A DNA stretch of 64,000 nucleotides from positions 32,039 to 96,038 of the forward strand of contig MCFE01000319.1 of assembly GCA_002104905.1 (NCBI GenBank). The letters are read 5' to 3'. The position numbers and the translations under genes were made by a program. The notes beneath the pieces were generated by a model. The model was not told where the DNA came from. It ran no database searches and saw nothing but the letters and a program-made list of their open reading frames with translations. This stretch comes from Basidiobolus meristosporus CBS 931.73. Lineage: Eukaryota > Fungi > Basidiobolomycota. Positions 61,122 through 64,000 of this stretch are shown here, piece after piece; positions within the stretch are counted from its first letter, which is position 1, and every line of letters begins with the position of its first letter.

Positions 61122-63630
61122 CCCTATGAGAAGTTATTGTGATTATCCCGTCAAAAGGCCGTCACAAAGTTAATGTCCCGTCACTGAGAGGTACTCATCT
61201 TGTTAGGACTCTGTCCAGAGACCATTGAAAATAATTGCACCCCAGATTTCACAAAAAACTTTGTCAAAATTTTTCATCACAACAATGTATAAGTGGCTTT
61301 TGATTGGTTCCCTGCCAATTTGCTCACTTTCTGATCCTGGACACTCTATTGCCTCTTTTTCACACTCCTTACTTCCTGACTCAACTGTTTCTCTTACTTT
61401 TCATGCGTATGAATTGATTTATTTCCATTGAAACTTCAGTTGTACCTCAACTGCCAATTGTATTGACCTATACAAGTCTCTATACCCTACACTAACATTA
61501 AGCCCAACCCCACACTCAACAAGTAACTCCATTAAAATCCACTACTCAATAAGAATTTCTGCTGTAACGCTCTGGTTCCACAACTTTGGCAGGAACCCAA
61601 CAGCTTTATGCCACTGTTCATTCACTGGTTCCCACACGTCCTGGTCTTCAGCTGGCACTGCAAGGTCTAGCTCCTCATCTGCCAGTCTTTGCAATAAATC
61701 CTTGCAATATTCCAGTGTGTTTTCTTGAGCACTGTTCTTGAAGAAGTGCTGCAACCTCTTGGTGTGCCTATTAATGTTCCAAAACTTCCACTGAAGGCAT
61801 TGTGATAGTCTTTCAAGCTCTTGACGTTGTAGCCTTGTCTGTCAGTGGGATCTCCACTCTGTCAACCATGGAGGCTGTGGAGGCTATGGTAGACAAATTG
61901 CCTTTTTCAGCAAACTCATCTACCTTGCTGGAGTGTAGCTCAACTGGCTGCGCTTCCAACTCTTGTGAAAACAGCTGTTTTCTTGTTGGTAATTCTTCTT
62001 GGCTATGATGGGATTCAGTCTGTTCCTGGCTTGCAGCGCATTAATTGGCAAGAACTGCAGTTTTTTTTGCATGCCTCCCTGTCTCAGGCTTGGGTAGACA
62101 TTTTTCCCTTTACCTTTTCCTTTATCACTGCCAGGTCTTTCACTGCTACTTTGTCTGAGTGCTTCTTGTAAAGAACTACATTTTCTCCTGGATAAATTCT
62201 GCTCTGACGCATCTGTTTTGGCCTGCTTGTCCCTTGCTGGCACTCTTCTGGCAACCTGATGTTTCTTTTCAGCTTGTTTTGAGCTCTCAACTGCTAGTTG
62301 TGATGGGCTCCTGTAAAAGCTGCTGGTTTTTATCACTGCCAGGTCCTTCACTGCTACTTTGACTGGGTGCTTCTTAGAGTGGTACTATGCTTTTTCCTTG
62401 ATAAATGTTGTGCTAGGTGCATCATGTGTCTGCCTGCTTGTCCTTAATTGGCACTCTTCCAGCTACCTGACATCTCTTTGACGCTTGTCTGGAGCTTTTG
62501 GCCCTGCTTGTAACAGGCTCTTGAGGAAGCCCTGGTTTTTAGCCATGGCACCCTTGTTCTTCTGCCTTTGATAGTTTCTGCTATTCTTAAGATACTTTCT
62601 TAGCATACCAATGCTGGCCCAAAATCCATTTGCCCATTTGAATCCAGGATAATGCTCATGGAACAAGTCAAGTGCATTCTGCTTGGCCTTGAGTTCCTGA
62701 TGGTCCCATGGTATGCCAGCCTTAAGGTGATGGTGTGCTAGACTTCTGACAGCCTCTTGTATATTAGCCCACTCTTCATTATTGCACTCAATGGCTTCAC
62801 AGATCTTCAATGTCTTTTGATTTTTAGGCTTTGTATAAACACCACATTGTCTCCCTCCCATGCTGTGATAGGTTTTCTTGTGGGCTTTATCTTTGGGCAC
62901 TGTTGTTGTGCTTCAAAGACTGTACGAGTGTTCCTCTGCTGTTACATTGGGAAATGGCTCAATTCTTGGCTGTGACATTGAGCTACTTGAGTTCCTTCTT
63001 TGCAGCAAAGATACTGCTTTCTCTACCTGGATATTGATTGCTCTACACGTATTATCTGCTCATCCTGTTTCATGGACTATTTCCTGATTTCTCTGGGCCA
63101 TTGCATCTATCCTATCAGCCACTGCACCTAATTGCTTCATTAATGCTTTGGTATGAGCTGACAACATACTTGCTAATATGGGTGGTGGTGATGTCTATCA
63201 TGGCCACTTGCTGGTCTTCAACATGAGGGTACTGCATTTGCTACATTCTCATCTGCCTGAGCATAACAGTCAGCTGTGGCTCTGCAGAGGTTCTCAATTG
63301 CCTACTTGACTGAGAGCCTGAGGAGTCCGCATTATTACCTTCAGTGGGCATCACTATTCACAGTGGCCTTTTTTGGATGTAGCCCTGCTTGTTGCACTGA
63401 ATGTCAAAGCAAGCTGTTGTCCAACCATTCTTTGTTGCCATCAGCGGTAGGTTTTGGTTGAGAACCAGACAACTTTGCTTTATTTTTTGGGCGCATATAT
63501 ATGGAAGTGAGTCAAACCAAAGGGGAAATAGTGTCTACATATACATGTGTATGTGGTGCCCAAACTTTATTTATAATGCTTACTATGGCGGGTTCATCAT
63601 TGAATCTTACATTCCTGTAGACTGCAATGA
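61122..63630 (-). mobile_element. CCCTATG-family element, copy D (most complete), with decayed ORF of roughly 600 codons
   Basis: Starts CCCTATGAGAAG with three CCGTCA subterminal motifs. Minus-strand ORF remnants include IQEAVRSLAHHHLKAGIPWDHQELKAKQNALDLFHEHYPGFKWANGFWASIGMLRKYLKNSRNY, a duplicated KVAVKDLAVIK block (~208-nt period, 62121/62329) and LQHFFKN..EYCKDLLQRLADEELDLAVP..WHKA. No DDE motifs seen; the right terminus was not found. Confidence 0.8.
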
Positions 63631-64000
63631 TCTCAAATACCAAGATCTGTCTTCAAGTTCATCATGAGTATTGACCAACAAAGTGATATATACGCGTTAT
63701 GTTGTTGAAGGTCAAACTGTTTGCCCAATGGACAAGACTACTTTGACTCAACACCATAAGAGAAGAGAAAAAAGATCCATGTGGCTATTGTGACAAGCTC
63801 TCAGCCATGAAGCATGCAGACAGCATAGGAAGTATTACAAGGATCACGGCCAGTGTTTTGCCACCCAAGTCATATTTGACCATTCATTGGTCACTACTGT
63901 ACCAACATTATCTAGCTGGCCAGTTGATACTTCTATATTGGCACCTGGCCATATCTGTCACCTTGCGCAAACTGAGTCAGGTGAGTTTGTGACACCTTTA

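Noticed and set aside
63630-63994. Possible solo LTR ending in TTGTGACA
   Set aside because: No matching 5' TG..inverted end, TSD, primer-binding site or polypurine tract could be identified within the window.

Overview
Eukaryotic genomic DNA from an intron-rich fungus. Short (~55-90 nt) GT-AG introns, a 7TM-RGS gene and the gene repertoire suggest an early-diverging lineage such as Zoopagomycota/Mucoromycota; this is inference. 1-21.6 kb is gene-dense: 3' end of a hybrid histidine kinase, Na+:solute symporter, 7TM-RGS, an orphan multi-exon gene, a divergent ISY1-like gene, ERD1, DED1, GVP36 and CLPP, plus an intron-retaining Ran pseudogene and a possible MT-A70 relic. 21.6-35.4 kb is a gene desert of decayed repeats around one CreA/Mig1-type zinc-finger gene. 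35.4-49.1 kb is a two-exon gene for a ~4,540-aa disordered protein built from an unrecognised Trp/glycine-zipper/amphipathic-helix module, with a recent higher-order tandem array of 687/708-nt units. 50-52.3 kb holds a small CsbD-like gene and a divergent PWI-domain gene. 52.4-64 kb is a nested, CpG-stripped transposon graveyard: four copies of a CCCTATG-terminated element with no recognisable transposase, a ~320-bp MITE also found at 23.8 kb, and a complete 3,418-bp PIF/Harbinger-superfamily element (TIRs AGACTTGTTC, ACT target duplication). Its transposase ORF is intact and has no CpG, while its Myb/SANT partner is broken by one in-frame TGA. Top leads: the giant modular repeat protein and the CpG-free transposase. 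Exon structures were assembled by eye and are unverified.
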